64,000 bases of DNA, from positions 32,001 to 96,000 of IMG/VR virus record IMGVR_UViG_3300007513_001761, one strand, 5' to 3'. This DNA comes from a virus. Within the stretch, counting starts at the first letter, position 1; each line of letters starts with the position of its first letter. Below are positions 29,364-38,964 of the stretch, one piece after another. The notes beneath the pieces were generated by a model that saw only the letters and a program-made list of their open reading frames with translations, was not told where the DNA came from and made no database searches. A program made the position numbers and the translations under genes.

Positions 29364-30649
29364 TAGGCCACCTCCATCAAGTGCCATCTATCATAACCCT
29401 TTCGAGTTTCCCAGGATCCGTGAGTTTCAACTGCATTGTCCATAACTTCAATCCATTGCTTTTCAAAATTTTCAAAATTGTAATTGGTCTTAACATGCTT
29501 GATACCCTTTTCCGACATTTTCTTATATACGGCCGGGCGCATGTCAATTGCTGATTGAAGAGCTTTATTAAAGTCTTCCTGAGCAATGCGATCCTCATAA
29601 ATATAAGGCACCTCAAGGGAGCCAATTATCGCTTTCGACGAAGGTTGAAGTCCAAAGCCAAACCAGTCCTTTCCATCAGTTACCTGCTCTTGTAGTCCGC
29701 CGGTCATGTTCACAATAATAGGTGTTCCGCAAGACATCGATTCTAATGTTGCTAGTCCAAAACCTTCGGCGTCGGAAATGTTGATTGTGAAGTCTGCTGC
29801 ATTATACATCCCGGCCAATTCCAATGAGTCCACTTTTTGTGTCGAAAGTAAAACTTGTCCGTCACCGACATTTAGATGCTCAATAAGATGTGGTAAATCT
29901 TGTCCGTGGGGATCTCGTGCATCTGTATGCATCAATAAAGTGGCCTTGTCGTGGCCCACTTCGTCCAAGAATTCTTTAAACCACCAAATTAGAGTGCCCG
30001 ACTGTTTGCGCCGTGCGTTGCGATTGTTCCAAAAGAAAATTTTCTTATCTTTATTTTTATGGTGAAAACTAGATTCTACGCAAATACGCTCACGCAGAAT
30101 TTCAACCTTTGCCTTATCTTCAGCAGATTTATATTTATAAAAAATACTTGAATTAACAGCATGAGGGAGGTAATGACTCCGCACTCCTGGTGAAACTGTT
30201 TTAACAATATCGTGCGTTACCTTTGAGATACACACAATTTCGTCAGTAGAGCGATAGAATCTTCCATTAAAGTGCGGATGAGGAAAATTATCCCAGACAT
30301 GATAATACATCATGGGAACATTCGCTCGTATTTCGTTTTCAATTTCCCACAGCCAGCCAAAAAAGCGAGGATCGGTCATAAACCAAAGCATATCCGGCTT
30401 TTCCTTCTGAAGAATAGAACGAATAATCTCGTGGTTACCATATCCATCTACTGGATAAATAATCCAATCGTCTTTCCACGGTTCAACTCGTTGCGGTTGG
30501 TAGTCGGCGTGCTTCATGGCACCCCCCAAACACACAAACTCATAGCGCCCTGTCTTTAAGAGCGCCTCAATAAAATACTTCGTCTGGGTACCCACTCCAG
30601 AGGGTGATAACGGGTGATCTGACAGAGTCAGAATTTTTGTCTTTTTCAT
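29363..30649 (-). CDS. Glycosyltransferase family 4 (GT-B)
   Basis: SGVG, NRNARRK, EGFGLATLESMSCGTP. Confidence 0.9.
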   Translation of the reverse strand: MKKTKILTLSDHPLSPSGVGTQTKYFIEALLKTGRYEFVCLGGAMKHADYQPQRVEPWKDDWIIYPVDGYGNHEIIRSILQKEKPDMLWFMTDPRFFGWLWEIENEIRANVPMMYYHVWDNFPHPHFNGRFYRSTDEIVCISKVTHDIVKTVSPGVRSHYLPHAVNSSIFYKYKSAEDKAKVEILRERICVESSFHHKNKDKKIFFWNNRNARRKQSGTLIWWFKEFLDEVGHDKATLLMHTDARDPHGQDLPHLIEHLNVGDGQVLLSTQKVDSLELAGMYNAADFTINISDAEGFGLATLESMSCGTPIIVNMTGGLQEQVTDGKDWFGFGLQPSSKAIIGSLEVPYIYEDRIAQEDFNKALQSAIDMRPAVYKKMSEKGIKHVKTNYNFENFEKQWIEVMDNAVETHGSWETRKGYDRWHLMEVA

Positions 30650-30656
30650 TAATACC

Positions 30657-31418
30657 TCAAGGACAATGTTCGGTATGTCTAAAGTTGCAGTTCCTGCAAG
30701 ACAACCTATTCTTAATATAACGTTTATTTTTAATATTGTATAGTGCCGTGTTCAACATTTTTATTGCATTCGCTGTTTTACGCGGTCCACTAGTGACTCT
30801 AAATAGTTCCACTCGGTTTTTCTTAGCAGTTCTTTTTAGCAGTGCAAAGTGCGTTTCCACATCTTTTGGATCTATATTCATCTTTTGACAGAAAAAATGT
30901 TTATACAAAGTTAACTGGTATGTGACCATCTTATCGCTGCGTTTGCGCGCATCCCAACCCCACGAACAAGTCTTCCAATCGAAGACGTGAACTTTTCCAT
31001 CGGGAGTGGCCACAATCGCATCGATGTAGCCCTTAAACATATAATTATCTTCGCCCTCTAAAGGTTCATAGAGCGGCATTTCTACTGCCATGACTTCGAA
31101 CTCGTCAAAATATTCCTTTAACGCATCTTCAATTTCAGGCAAGATTTGCTTTCCTTGTCCGATCATATCATAGACAAGTTTTTTGTCTACCTCAATGTCG
31201 TCATCCAGACTAGCGATGTTCTTTTTAAATTCTTCAACAAAAAAAGCATCATTTATCTCTTCTTGAAGCAGCTTCTTTTCGCAAACCGAATGAATAGCAC
31301 TTCCAAAAGCAGTATAGGCGTTACCTCTAAAGCCGTCAATTTTGTCTAGGCGCGTCAACTTGTGGTAAAAGGCGCAAAAAACCCAATCTTTGAGTTCAGA
31401 GTATGAAATATGTGGCAA
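30657..31418 (-). CDS. PD-(D/E)XK exonuclease (RecB/Cas4-like)
   Basis: ISYS, FGSAIH, GYIDAI, DWKT, QLTLY, terminal CRNC..C; TTG start. Confidence 0.85.
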   Translation of the reverse strand: MPHISYSELKDWVFCAFYHKLTRLDKIDGFRGNAYTAFGSAIHSVCEKKLLQEEINDAFFVEEFKKNIASLDDDIEVDKKLVYDMIGQGKQILPEIEDALKEYFDEFEVMAVEMPLYEPLEGEDNYMFKGYIDAIVATPDGKVHVFDWKTCSWGWDARKRSDKMVTYQLTLYKHFFCQKMNIDPKDVETHFALLKRTAKKNRVELFRVTSGPRKTANAIKMLNTALYNIKNKRYIKNRLSCRNCNFRHTEHCP

Positions 31419-31449
31419 AGTTTTCTCGTATTTTTAAATGTTATACTAC

Positions 31450-31478
31450 AGTATAACCACATTTTTAATGATTGTCAA
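31450..31478 (-). promoter_or_regulatory. Sigma70-type promoter
   Basis: TTGACA-17 nt-TATACT upstream of the nuclease and glycan cluster. Confidence 0.75.
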
Positions 31479-32163
31479 GATCTTTTTGACGTTGAAGCAT
31501 TAATATTTTTTTATATAATGCTGGACTAATCTTTTGCAGAAAAGTGTGATTTGGGTCCAGGTAAAACTCGGTGAACCCTGTGGCGTAATATTCTTTAAGG
31601 GATGTGGGAGCATACGCTGATAGGAATACCCCGGCCACCAATGAAGATAGCTTGTCATATCCCACCGTCTTAAGGAGGAAAGCATCAAACTCTTCATTAT
31701 ATTCTGAATCCATGAAAAACGCCAAGGGTGCTTTAAATCCATGCTTCCACAAAATATCATGCAAATACTTCCTCTTTCTTAAAAATTCTTTCTCAAGTTC
31801 TTTGTCACCGTAAATGTCATATCCGTAAACGGCTTCCAGCGAGTGTGCAATTTCGTGTACAATATCATCGAACATATCTTCTTCATCATCTTGCACATTG
31901 GAAATGTACAGGGCCCCATCTTTATAAAATGCATTCACAGAGCGCTTTTCGAATTCATCAAACCAGCCCACAACAATCATTTCTACTTCTTCGAGAAGAT
32001 GTGTGGGTACAACCTCTTCTACTCTACTGATAACATTATCTAAACTAATACTGTCGCTAACGGGCGGATCTTTTACATAGACGTGGATGCCCGTGCTGGT
32101 GTAGAAGTCTTGGATGTTAGCTTGCGTCCGCTGGTGGCTCTCTCGTAAGTAGTTCAGCATCAT
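31465..32163 (-). CDS. Putative zinc metallopeptidase
   Basis: HEIAH plus a downstream EYYA third-ligand-like motif. Confidence 0.65.
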   Translation of the reverse strand: MMLNYLRESHQRTQANIQDFYTSTGIHVYVKDPPVSDSISLDNVISRVEEVVPTHLLEEVEMIVVGWFDEFEKRSVNAFYKDGALYISNVQDDEEDMFDDIVHEIAHSLEAVYGYDIYGDKELEKEFLRKRKYLHDILWKHGFKAPLAFFMDSEYNEEFDAFLLKTVGYDKLSSLVAGVFLSAYAPTSLKEYYATGFTEFYLDPNHTFLQKISPALYKKILMLQRQKDLDNH

Positions 32164-32404
32164 CTAGTCCCTGTTGGTATCCTCGCAAAAAATTCTCTTC
32201 AGCAAAAGCAAACACAAATTCAGGAAAATCCGTGGCCAATACTTCCGCAATCATATTCACGGTGACCTCTTCATTATCTAGTTTTGTACCAACGTATTCT
32301 ACCAGATATTCTTTAAGGGCAGAATCGGTTTCTACAACCATCGCCAGCATAGGATTCTCGTGTAATTCCTGTTCGCTGATTACATTTTCAATTTCTTCAC
32401 TCAT
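32117..32404 (-). CDS. Hypothetical protein
   Basis: AAGGAG SD; acidic 95-aa ORF. Confidence 0.7.
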   Translation of the reverse strand: MSEEIENVISEQELHENPMLAMVVETDSALKEYLVEYVGTKLDNEEVTVNMIAEVLATDFPEFVFAFAEENFLRGYQQGLDDAELLTREPPADAS

Positions 32405-32457
32405 AATAATTTCTCCTTTATTAATATAACAACAAATTGAAGAGTTGTTTATTTTAT

Positions 32458-33795
32458 TTATAAAACTTTAGAGGCCAACGTTGCAAGGTCTGATCTCTCG
32501 CCTTTTCTAAACGTAACGTGGCCGGCTACTCGATATTCTTTAAAGCTCTCAATCGCATGCGCTAACCCATTAGAGGTCTCATTCACATATGCGTTGTCGA
32601 TTTGTTCAATATCTCCAGTCATAACAATTTTAGTACCTTCGCCTATTCTAGTAATAATAGTCTTAACTTCGTGTTTTGTTAAATTTTGTGCTTCATCAAT
32701 CACAATAAAAGCATTTGAAATAGAACGTCCCCGAATATAAGTCAGAGCTTCAATCTCAATTTTGCCTTTTTGTGTATACATCTCCAGCGACGAACGGTCT
32801 CCCATCAAAAATTTAAGATTATCCTGAATAGGCATCAGCCAGGGTAGCATTTTCTCTTCCATCGTCCCTGGCAAGAATCCGATGTCTTTGCCCATGGGTT
32901 GAACAGGACGCGAAACTATCATGCGTGCATAATGATTGTGTTCCGTTCTGAGTCCTATGGTTTGTTGAAGCCCTGCTGCAATCGCACACAGTGTTTTACC
33001 AGAACCAGCGCGGCCAACCAATGTGACAAGCTTAATCTTGGGATCTAACAACATGTCGATTGCAAACGCCTGTTCCTTGTTTCTTGAAGAAACTTTCCAA
33101 TCGGGTACCTTGTCATGGATTGTCTTTTTGAGCGGCATCTCGTGGCTTTCAAAGCGCGCTAGCGCGCTCTTCTTGGGGTTGGAGTTGGATATCATTAGCA
33201 GATACTGGTTGGGATACCAAACTTCAGGTGCCTCGTCCTCTGAAACAATAATTTCGTCTCCAGCATAAAACCGATCAATGATTTGATCGTCTGTAAGAAA
33301 CTCAGAGAAGCCTTCATATAGCTGATCGGATGATATGACTGCCTTTTCAGAGATGTAGTCTTCTGTGAGAATTCCGATTGAATCACAAATCACACGCATG
33401 TTGATATCGCGGCTTACGACGATAGTTTTGCGCTTGGGGTGTGCTACTTGCACAGCTTTTCCTGTAGCAATGATTGCATGATCTGGAATACGCATGTCCA
33501 AATCAGAAGGAAACACCACATCTTTTAGTGATTCATAAGACATCACCCGGAGTAATCCGGCGCCCTTTGCAATTCGAACGCCCTTCTCAAGACTACCTCT
33601 TCCTCGAAGCTCATCCAAAGATCGAATAATAGCTCTAGCATTGATTCCTACGGAATCTTGGCGCTTTTTGTGCCCATCAATCTCTTCAAGCACTTTAAGA
33701 GGCAAAAACAAATCGTGATTGTCAAATTTATAAATGCAATCAGCATCTGTCAAACAAACACTAGTGTCTAATAAATAATTCTTTTTAACTGCCAT
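32458..33795 (-). CDS. phoH: PIN-PhoH protein (PhoH2/YlaK-like)
   Basis: N-terminal PIN (LDTS, EEID, SRDINMR); GRAGSGKT; IGFLPG; YIRGRS; DEAQN. Confidence 0.95.
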   Translation of the reverse strand: MAVKKNYLLDTSVCLTDADCIYKFDNHDLFLPLKVLEEIDGHKKRQDSVGINARAIIRSLDELRGRGSLEKGVRIAKGAGLLRVMSYESLKDVVFPSDLDMRIPDHAIIATGKAVQVAHPKRKTIVVSRDINMRVICDSIGILTEDYISEKAVISSDQLYEGFSEFLTDDQIIDRFYAGDEIIVSEDEAPEVWYPNQYLLMISNSNPKKSALARFESHEMPLKKTIHDKVPDWKVSSRNKEQAFAIDMLLDPKIKLVTLVGRAGSGKTLCAIAAGLQQTIGLRTEHNHYARMIVSRPVQPMGKDIGFLPGTMEEKMLPWLMPIQDNLKFLMGDRSSLEMYTQKGKIEIEALTYIRGRSISNAFIVIDEAQNLTKHEVKTIITRIGEGTKIVMTGDIEQIDNAYVNETSNGLAHAIESFKEYRVAGHVTFRKGERSDLATLASKVL

Positions 33796-33827
33796 GCGAT
33801 ACCGTATGCTGGTTCGTTAATAAGTAG

Positions 33828-34139
33828 TTAAGCCTTTTTAATTCGACGGGTTTTGCGGTTGCGCCTCTTTTTCGGGGATATTTTTTTAACTATATCTTTT
33901 TCAAATACAAAAGTTTCCACATCATCAGGCCACTTAAAGGGAATGCAACACTCCTTTCTTAGACGATCTACATCTGCTTCTTTTATCAATACCGCTTCCC
34001 ACCCTACATACGCTGGCCAATCAAAGGTGCGTCCTTTTTGTGCTTTCGTTTCAATCCGCTGGACAAGCCTTAAGTGTACAACGGGCACTCCCTCTCCCGC
34101 AGGTGAGCCAGCTATCACAATGTCGCCGGCTTTATACAC
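33828..34139 (-). CDS. Hypothetical SH3-like protein
   Basis: KAGDIV N-terminal motif, basic tail. Confidence 0.6.
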   Translation of the reverse strand: MYKAGDIVIAGSPAGEGVPVVHLRLVQRIETKAQKGRTFDWPAYVGWEAVLIKEADVDRLRKECCIPFKWPDDVETFVFEKDIVKKISPKKRRNRKTRRIKKA

Positions 34140-34403
34140 TTATTTTCGCGGCAATAACCAAATGTCATCGTCCTTTTCTTCAATCGCTTGTCCTACATCA
34201 GAACATACACATTTGCGAGACGTTACTGACTCCATGTGCGTACTAAACCCTTTACACGAGTCTTCACAGGTAGTTATAAGCTCATCTTTAAGTTCATAAG
34301 AAGATATCATAAAATAAACACCAGTAGTTACGCAGATATAAAACACGAGTTTCATAATTGTGTTGGCTATGGTGGTAACTAAATGTTTGTCATTATCTTG
34401 CAT
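34140..34403 (-). CDS. Small membrane protein with Cys-rich domain
   Basis: One TM helix; CxxxC...CxC. Confidence 0.65.
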   Translation of the reverse strand: MQDNDKHLVTTIANTIMKLVFYICVTTGVYFMISSYELKDELITTCEDSCKGFSTHMESVTSRKCVCSDVGQAIEEKDDDIWLLPRK

Positions 34404-34422
34404 ATTTCTCTCATATAAACGG

Positions 34423-34495
34423 AGCCACCGATAGGAGTCGAACCTACGACCTATTGATTACAAATCAATTGCTCTGCCAACTGAGCTACGGTGGC
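34423..34495 (-). tRNA. trnT: tRNA-Thr(UGU)
   Basis: GCCACCG acceptor stem, ATTGA-TTTGTAA-TCAAT anticodon arm, GTTCGA T-loop; CCA not encoded. Confidence 0.95.
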
Positions 34496-34498
34496 AAA

Positions 34499-34571
34499 CT
34501 GGAGCGGCGGGATTCGAACCTGCAACTTCCGGGTTAACAGCCCGACGTTCTGCCAATTGAACTACACTCCA
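34499..34571 (-). tRNA. trnN: tRNA-Asn(GUU)
   Basis: TGGAGTG/CGCTCCA stem, CTGTTAA loop, GTTCGAATC; CCA not encoded. Confidence 0.95.
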
Positions 34572-34572
34572 G

Positions 34573-34675
34573 AATCCGGTTTTTGTCGCGAACTAGGAGA
34601 ACCAGAAACCCCTGCCTACGTGTGGGTCGGGCAGCCCCCTACCGTTAATTTTAATTCCGACGATACAGCGGAATA
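34573..34675 (-). ncRNA. Candidate structured RNA leader upstream of the tRNAs
   Basis: Several complementary segments, some crossing, between a sigma70 promoter and tRNA-Asn. Confidence 0.4.
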
Positions 34676-34680
34676 TCTTT

Positions 34681-34709
34681 ATTATAATCCATCAAGCCTC
34701 TTTGTGCAA
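34681..34709 (-). promoter_or_regulatory. Sigma70-type promoter for the tRNA unit
   Basis: TTGCAC-17 nt-TATAAT. Confidence 0.75.
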
Positions 34710-34714
34710 GAACT

Positions 34715-35308
34715 TTACAACATTTCTTCGATTTGTTCTCTGATATAGTCTTCATTGAATCCATAAATGCCCCAGTGTACATTTAATTCTCGGTCAATAA
34801 AAACGAAAGTTGGCCATGAAGAAACCGGGTATCCCGCTAGCGCGGTGTAGTCGATCAAATCGCGATTTCCTTGCAGCACAGAAGTGGTCTGAATACCGTG
34901 CGTGTCTGCCCAGCCCTGGACCTCGTCCAATTCGACAGTATCTGCGGTCGGATCGTCAATCAAGACGGTAATATAATTAAATCCTTGTGATTCGTAATCA
35001 TCTTGCGTTTGTTGTACGGTTTGTGCGGCGTTTTGGCATGGGCCACACCACATAGCAGAGAAATCTAACACGATTACATTCCCCTTCAGGGCGTGAAGGC
35101 TCCAAATTTCATCGTTCTGATCTTTGAGCACCATCTCACACACGGCGGCACCTACGGCTTGTCCACAATCATCGGTGGCATATATTCCCAGTACCGGCTC
35201 TTCTTCAACAATCGGCGCTGAATCTTCTGGAACTTCTTCTGTAGGAGTCTCCAGAGTGGGAGTGCACCCAACCAAGAAAGACAAAACCAAAGCCCATAGA
35301 AACACCAT
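34715..35308 (-). CDS. TlpA/thioredoxin-like lipoprotein
   Basis: Lipobox LVGC; WCGPC; WPTFVFID. Confidence 0.85.
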   Translation of the reverse strand: MVFLWALVLSFLVGCTPTLETPTEEVPEDSAPIVEEEPVLGIYATDDCGQAVGAAVCEMVLKDQNDEIWSLHALKGNVIVLDFSAMWCGPCQNAAQTVQQTQDDYESQGFNYITVLIDDPTADTVELDEVQGWADTHGIQTTSVLQGNRDLIDYTALAGYPVSSWPTFVFIDRELNVHWGIYGFNEDYIREQIEEML

Positions 35309-35328
35309 ATCTACAAGTAACTACTCGG

Positions 35329-35832
35329 TTATTTAAATTCCCACAGATATTCTTTCCATGATTCATTGATTTGCCCCTCTGGTAGCGACTTCAATAATGT
35401 GCTTTTTGGGCGCCGTGGAGACCGCAAAGGCAACATTCCCGATTCACGAGGAGTTTTGTTACCTTTTTTCTGATTACATTTTTTGCATGCAGTCACCAAA
35501 TTTTCCCAAGTGTTTAAACCTCCGCGACTCTTTGGCAACACATGGTCCATCGTGAGATTTTCATATTTAAAATATTTGGTACAATATTGACATTGGTTAT
35601 TATCGCGCCACAGAACGTTTGGGCGGTTCGGAGAAACAGTCGAGCACCGAAACCGCACATATCTGTTTAACACAATAACAGCAGGAATATCAAAAGAACG
35701 ATTTGGAGAATGGATTTTCTTTGCATAGTTTTCTATAGCTCTCGCTTTTCCTACCAAACAAAGTACTAGAGCCTCGACCGCATCCACAATCGCAACAGGA
35801 CGATATGAGGAATCCAGTTTAAGTGCTTTCAT
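35329..35832 (-). CDS. HNH endonuclease (McrA-like)
   Basis: RD..CQYC, DHVLPKSRGG, NLVTACKKCNQKKG. Confidence 0.9.
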   Translation of the reverse strand: MKALKLDSSYRPVAIVDAVEALVLCLVGKARAIENYAKKIHSPNRSFDIPAVIVLNRYVRFRCSTVSPNRPNVLWRDNNQCQYCTKYFKYENLTMDHVLPKSRGGLNTWENLVTACKKCNQKKGNKTPRESGMLPLRSPRRPKSTLLKSLPEGQINESWKEYLWEFK

Positions 35833-35862
35833 ACTTTAACTAGGTGGGTTGAGTCTATCTAG

Positions 35863-36351
35863 TCATTTCTCAGAATGTCGATTTGTGGCCCGTTTAGGTG
35901 GTAACTCAAAATCTCTAGCTTTTTTAACCAAATCTGAGGAACTGCTAAGTTTTTGATTTCCTCCAATTCCCCACAACAACTCAACTCCAAGTTCTTCACA
36001 GACAGCCTGCTCGGGAGTATTACTACGCCCCCGATCACCGCCATTAGCAAAAAACGTTGGATTCAAGCGACGAATAGCCTCACACACCGTTCCATCGCTA
36101 TCGTCTACTGAGTCCACCAGAATAACCCCCTTAATTGCATTCAAAATTTCTACCCGTTGGGTGAATTCCATAAAAACAAACCCCTTCTTACGAAACAACC
36201 AATCATCCGAATTTGTGATCACGATCACATCTCCATACTGGGCCGCGTCTCGAATCATTCGGATATGTCCAGCGTGCACAGGGTCAAATCCGCCAGAAAC
36301 CATTACAGTCGGTTTCTTCTCCTCATCAAACATTCCATCAGCAATTGTCAT
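35863..36351 (-). CDS. Cytidylyltransferase-family protein
   Basis: SGGFDPVHAGH, FANGGDR. Confidence 0.85.
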   Translation of the reverse strand: MTIADGMFDEEKKPTVMVSGGFDPVHAGHIRMIRDAAQYGDVIVITNSDDWLFRKKGFVFMEFTQRVEILNAIKGVILVDSVDDSDGTVCEAIRRLNPTFFANGGDRGRSNTPEQAVCEELGVELLWGIGGNQKLSSSSDLVKKARDFELPPKRATNRHSEK

Positions 36352-36353
36352 CT

Positions 36354-37175
36354 TTATCTCCTATATTGTAAATCTTCTAAAATGTAAAAATCAATTATTT
36401 CAACTGTTTCTTCGGGGTTTCCAGTCTCAAAGGCTCTTCCTTTGGGTTTTAACAAGTTAAATATCTCATAATCATTGCCGTTAATCCCACAGCGATCTCC
36501 TACAAACCAAAAATCCCACTCATGTTCATCAAAATGATTAAGAGCGTATGTTTTATCCCAGTTGCACGGATAAATATCAAAAGAGGTATTACCCCCAAGC
36601 TTTACAATAACATCAATTCCGAATTTTTTTAATTCTTCCTTCAAAATTTCTAAATATTTTTTACGAATCCCATAGAGTTTATCCATTGCTTTAAAATGAT
36701 CGCGAGTGGATTGCTTAGCGTTTCTCCCAATTGGACACCAATTAATCATCGATTGGCGATTTTGAACAAAATTGCCTGTCAGGGTTATATCATATTTTTC
36801 GGTAACTATTTCTCCTTGTAAAATACACACAGTGCGCATTAATTGATTAAATTCTTTGTCTCCTAGAAATTCGCGCATTGAGGCTTTAAAAATAGTTTGC
36901 ATCCCCAGTGTTTCTTCTCCGACGGGGACCAAATATTCAGTTCCATTGCAGGGTAAAATGTGACAATTATCTCTAATAATTTTATTGTTTAAAGCTGGCC
37001 ACAACTGTTCTTGTATGTATTCTAGTCCGGAGCCTGTGAGAAATCCAATTTCTGCATATCTACACAATTCAGCTAAAGCTGTAATCATGGACATGGTTAT
37101 GGGCTTCCTGGCTTCTGTAAGAGTTCCGTCTACATCAAAGAGAACCAGTGTGCCATGACTATTCGTGGGGGTCAT
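36354..37175 (-). CDS. Eukaryote-type phosphomannomutase (HAD-IIB)
   Basis: FDVDGTLT, INWCPIGRNA, GGNTSFDIYP, WDKTYAL, GD...GNDYEIF. Confidence 0.85.
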   Translation of the reverse strand: MTPTNSHGTLVLFDVDGTLTEARKPITMSMITALAELCRYAEIGFLTGSGLEYIQEQLWPALNNKIIRDNCHILPCNGTEYLVPVGEETLGMQTIFKASMREFLGDKEFNQLMRTVCILQGEIVTEKYDITLTGNFVQNRQSMINWCPIGRNAKQSTRDHFKAMDKLYGIRKKYLEILKEELKKFGIDVIVKLGGNTSFDIYPCNWDKTYALNHFDEHEWDFWFVGDRCGINGNDYEIFNLLKPKGRAFETGNPEETVEIIDFYILEDLQYRR

Positions 37176-37180
37176 GTATC

Positions 37181-37411
37181 CTACTTGGGTTTTGGGTATT
37201 TGTTTCGCTCATCGCGATATTCATTAATGTCTATTATTATAGGGGCTTTATCTATTTTTTTGTATTGCAAAATGTTATCAATTGTTTTGTTAAGCTCGTT
37301 GATTCTTTTACGCTCATTATCCTCTTTGACAAATTTAAGAAATTTTAAAAAATAATAAAATAAGACAGAGAGGCTTACAAACAGGAGTATGCCAAGTGCA
37401 CTACCCACCAT
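37181..37411 (-). CDS. Small membrane protein
   Basis: N-terminal TM; start MVGSALG overlaps the upstream stop. Confidence 0.6.
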   Translation of the reverse strand: MVGSALGILLFVSLSVLFYYFLKFLKFVKEDNERKRINELNKTIDNILQYKKIDKAPIIIDINEYRDERNKYPKPK

Positions 37412-38363
37412 AGACGACGTAACCAACTTCAACCAATGAGCCCTCCACTGGAATAAAATCTAAATAAACTATATTAGTATTTGGTAAATAGTACCATTCT
37501 TCCGTTATCACATGATCAACATAGACGCTGATACTGTCCTCAACAGGTGTTTGAGATAATTCAATGTAATCTCTCGGTCCTGTTAAAAAGGTGCTATCAG
37601 CCAACGCTAGCTCCCAATCACTGCAAATGTCCGTGGGCATCTTACCGTAATAAGCGCTTAATTCAACGTACTTTTCTCCAATAGAGGCGGACCACCCACT
37701 TTCGCAATCACTGGTTTCTGTTTTTACTATCGACACTGTGTCGTGCTGAACTGCTACATATTCATCTTGAAGCCAGTAATGAAAGGTGTCGGCCGTAAAA
37801 ATAGATTGTTCGTCTTCATCAGAAATAAAAATAATTAATTTATCAGAGTCCTCGCGAAAAAAGCTTAAACCCTCTGTTGTCGTTGTCGTAAACTCGTAAG
37901 TAGACCAGAAGGCATGCTCTACGCTATCATTAGCCAATAGCCATGGCGCTAATAAAAAATCGATAGCAGAAGAATAAATGTCATATGGTCCTGAAAAATA
38001 GGGCTCTTTCAAAGAGGTATTGATAAAAGCAATTTGATAATCGAACGTTATTGATTCGATATCTCCTCGCAAGATCTCGACGCCGCGACTAACCTGCTCG
38101 TAATTATCTGACATTGAACCAGAAGTATCAAGCACAACCAGCACATCCAATTGTACAGTCTCGCTAGGCTGCACCAGCGAATCTACGACTACATCGGTAG
38201 GCATGACTTCTTCTACGGCTGTCGTAGCTACGATGAACTCATTTTGACAGCCTAGCAGTACAATTCCGCATATTAGAAAGGCGGCTTTTAAGGACTTAGT
38301 GATCGTCGCAGTCACACGGAGTATATCCGCAGCAAGGACATCTTTCATCCTCTTCATCCACAA
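37401..38363 (-). CDS. vWA-domain lipoprotein (true start probably downstream of 38363)
   Basis: Lipobox LLGC; DTSGSM MIDAS; ISDEDEQS; paralog of 55063..56679. Confidence 0.8.
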   Translation of the reverse strand: MWMKRMKDVLAADILRVTATITKSLKAAFLICGIVLLGCQNEFIVATTAVEEVMPTDVVVDSLVQPSETVQLDVLVVLDTSGSMSDNYEQVSRGVEILRGDIESITFDYQIAFINTSLKEPYFSGPYDIYSSAIDFLLAPWLLANDSVEHAFWSTYEFTTTTTEGLSFFREDSDKLIIFISDEDEQSIFTADTFHYWLQDEYVAVQHDTVSIVKTETSDCESGWSASIGEKYVELSAYYGKMPTDICSDWELALADSTFLTGPRDYIELSQTPVEDSISVYVDHVITEEWYYLPNTNIVYLDFIPVEGSLVEVGYVVYGG

Positions 38364-38490
38364 CCACCTCCACAGTATCTAGTCTTCTCGACAGCAATAA
38401 AAACAAATTGCCTATTTTTTTTGTCAAATCTACCAGAATGGTACGAATGCTTAATGAATCTCTTCCGGACATGGCGATAAGCCCTCCCAT
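38296..38490 (-). CDS. Small Cys-rich protein
   Basis: CPCCGYTPCDCDDH C-terminus; start uncertain. Confidence 0.45.
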   Translation of the reverse strand: MGGLIAMSGRDSLSIRTILVDLTKKIGNLFLLLSRRLDTVEVVVDEEDERCPCCGYTPCDCDDH

Positions 38491-38957
38491 ATACTTGCTT
38501 TCTCAAGCAGTATATTATATAGCATTCCGGGGGTCAAATCGCGATATCCAAAAACAGTTGTTTTTTCCCATTTTATAACATTCGCAAGAGTCAACGCGTA
38601 TGCTATCCATTCGCTGCAGTACCATCTATTTCTGTGTTTTATTCTGAAGGGCAAGAACTGTGAGGCCAACATCCCAATCCAATCATATCGTGCGCCTTTG
38701 GTGAGGGAGTAGAACTTTATAATCTCTTTATATTGAGCATGTGTTATCTCAAAAAATAAAAATTCCCATTTACTGGGATCTATATTTATATTAACTCTCG
38801 AAGAAACTTTTGAATTGTGAAAAGGGCTAATGCTAACCCAAGTATAACCATCCGGCATTACCATCTCTACATGGCTATAAATGCTTTTTGTCCACCAGCG
38901 AATAAGCTTATTGTGCCAGCGTCCTTTTCCTTTATAAAATGCTACTTTTATGATCAT
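38451..38957 (-). CDS. Permuted papain-like amidase (YiiX/YaeF-like)
   Basis: YSHVE followed by GARYD and WYCSEW. Confidence 0.75.
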   Translation of the reverse strand: MIIKVAFYKGKGRWHNKLIRWWTKSIYSHVEMVMPDGYTWVSISPFHNSKVSSRVNINIDPSKWEFLFFEITHAQYKEIIKFYSLTKGARYDWIGMLASQFLPFRIKHRNRWYCSEWIAYALTLANVIKWEKTTVFGYRDLTPGMLYNILLEKASIWEGLSPCPEEIH

Positions 38958-38964
38958 TATCAGA

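Noticed and set aside
30657-31418. Cas4-like nuclease as evidence of CRISPR-Cas
   Set aside because: Stand-alone PD-(D/E)XK nucleases are common in phages; no cas1 or array here.
34404-34422. Theta (HDV-like) ribozyme 3' of the tRNAs
   Set aside because: Only about 19 nt separate tRNA-Thr from the next gene, too short for such a fold.
35329-35832. HNH gene as an intron or mobile homing element
   Set aside because: It is free-standing, the neighbours are intact, and no intron structure is seen.
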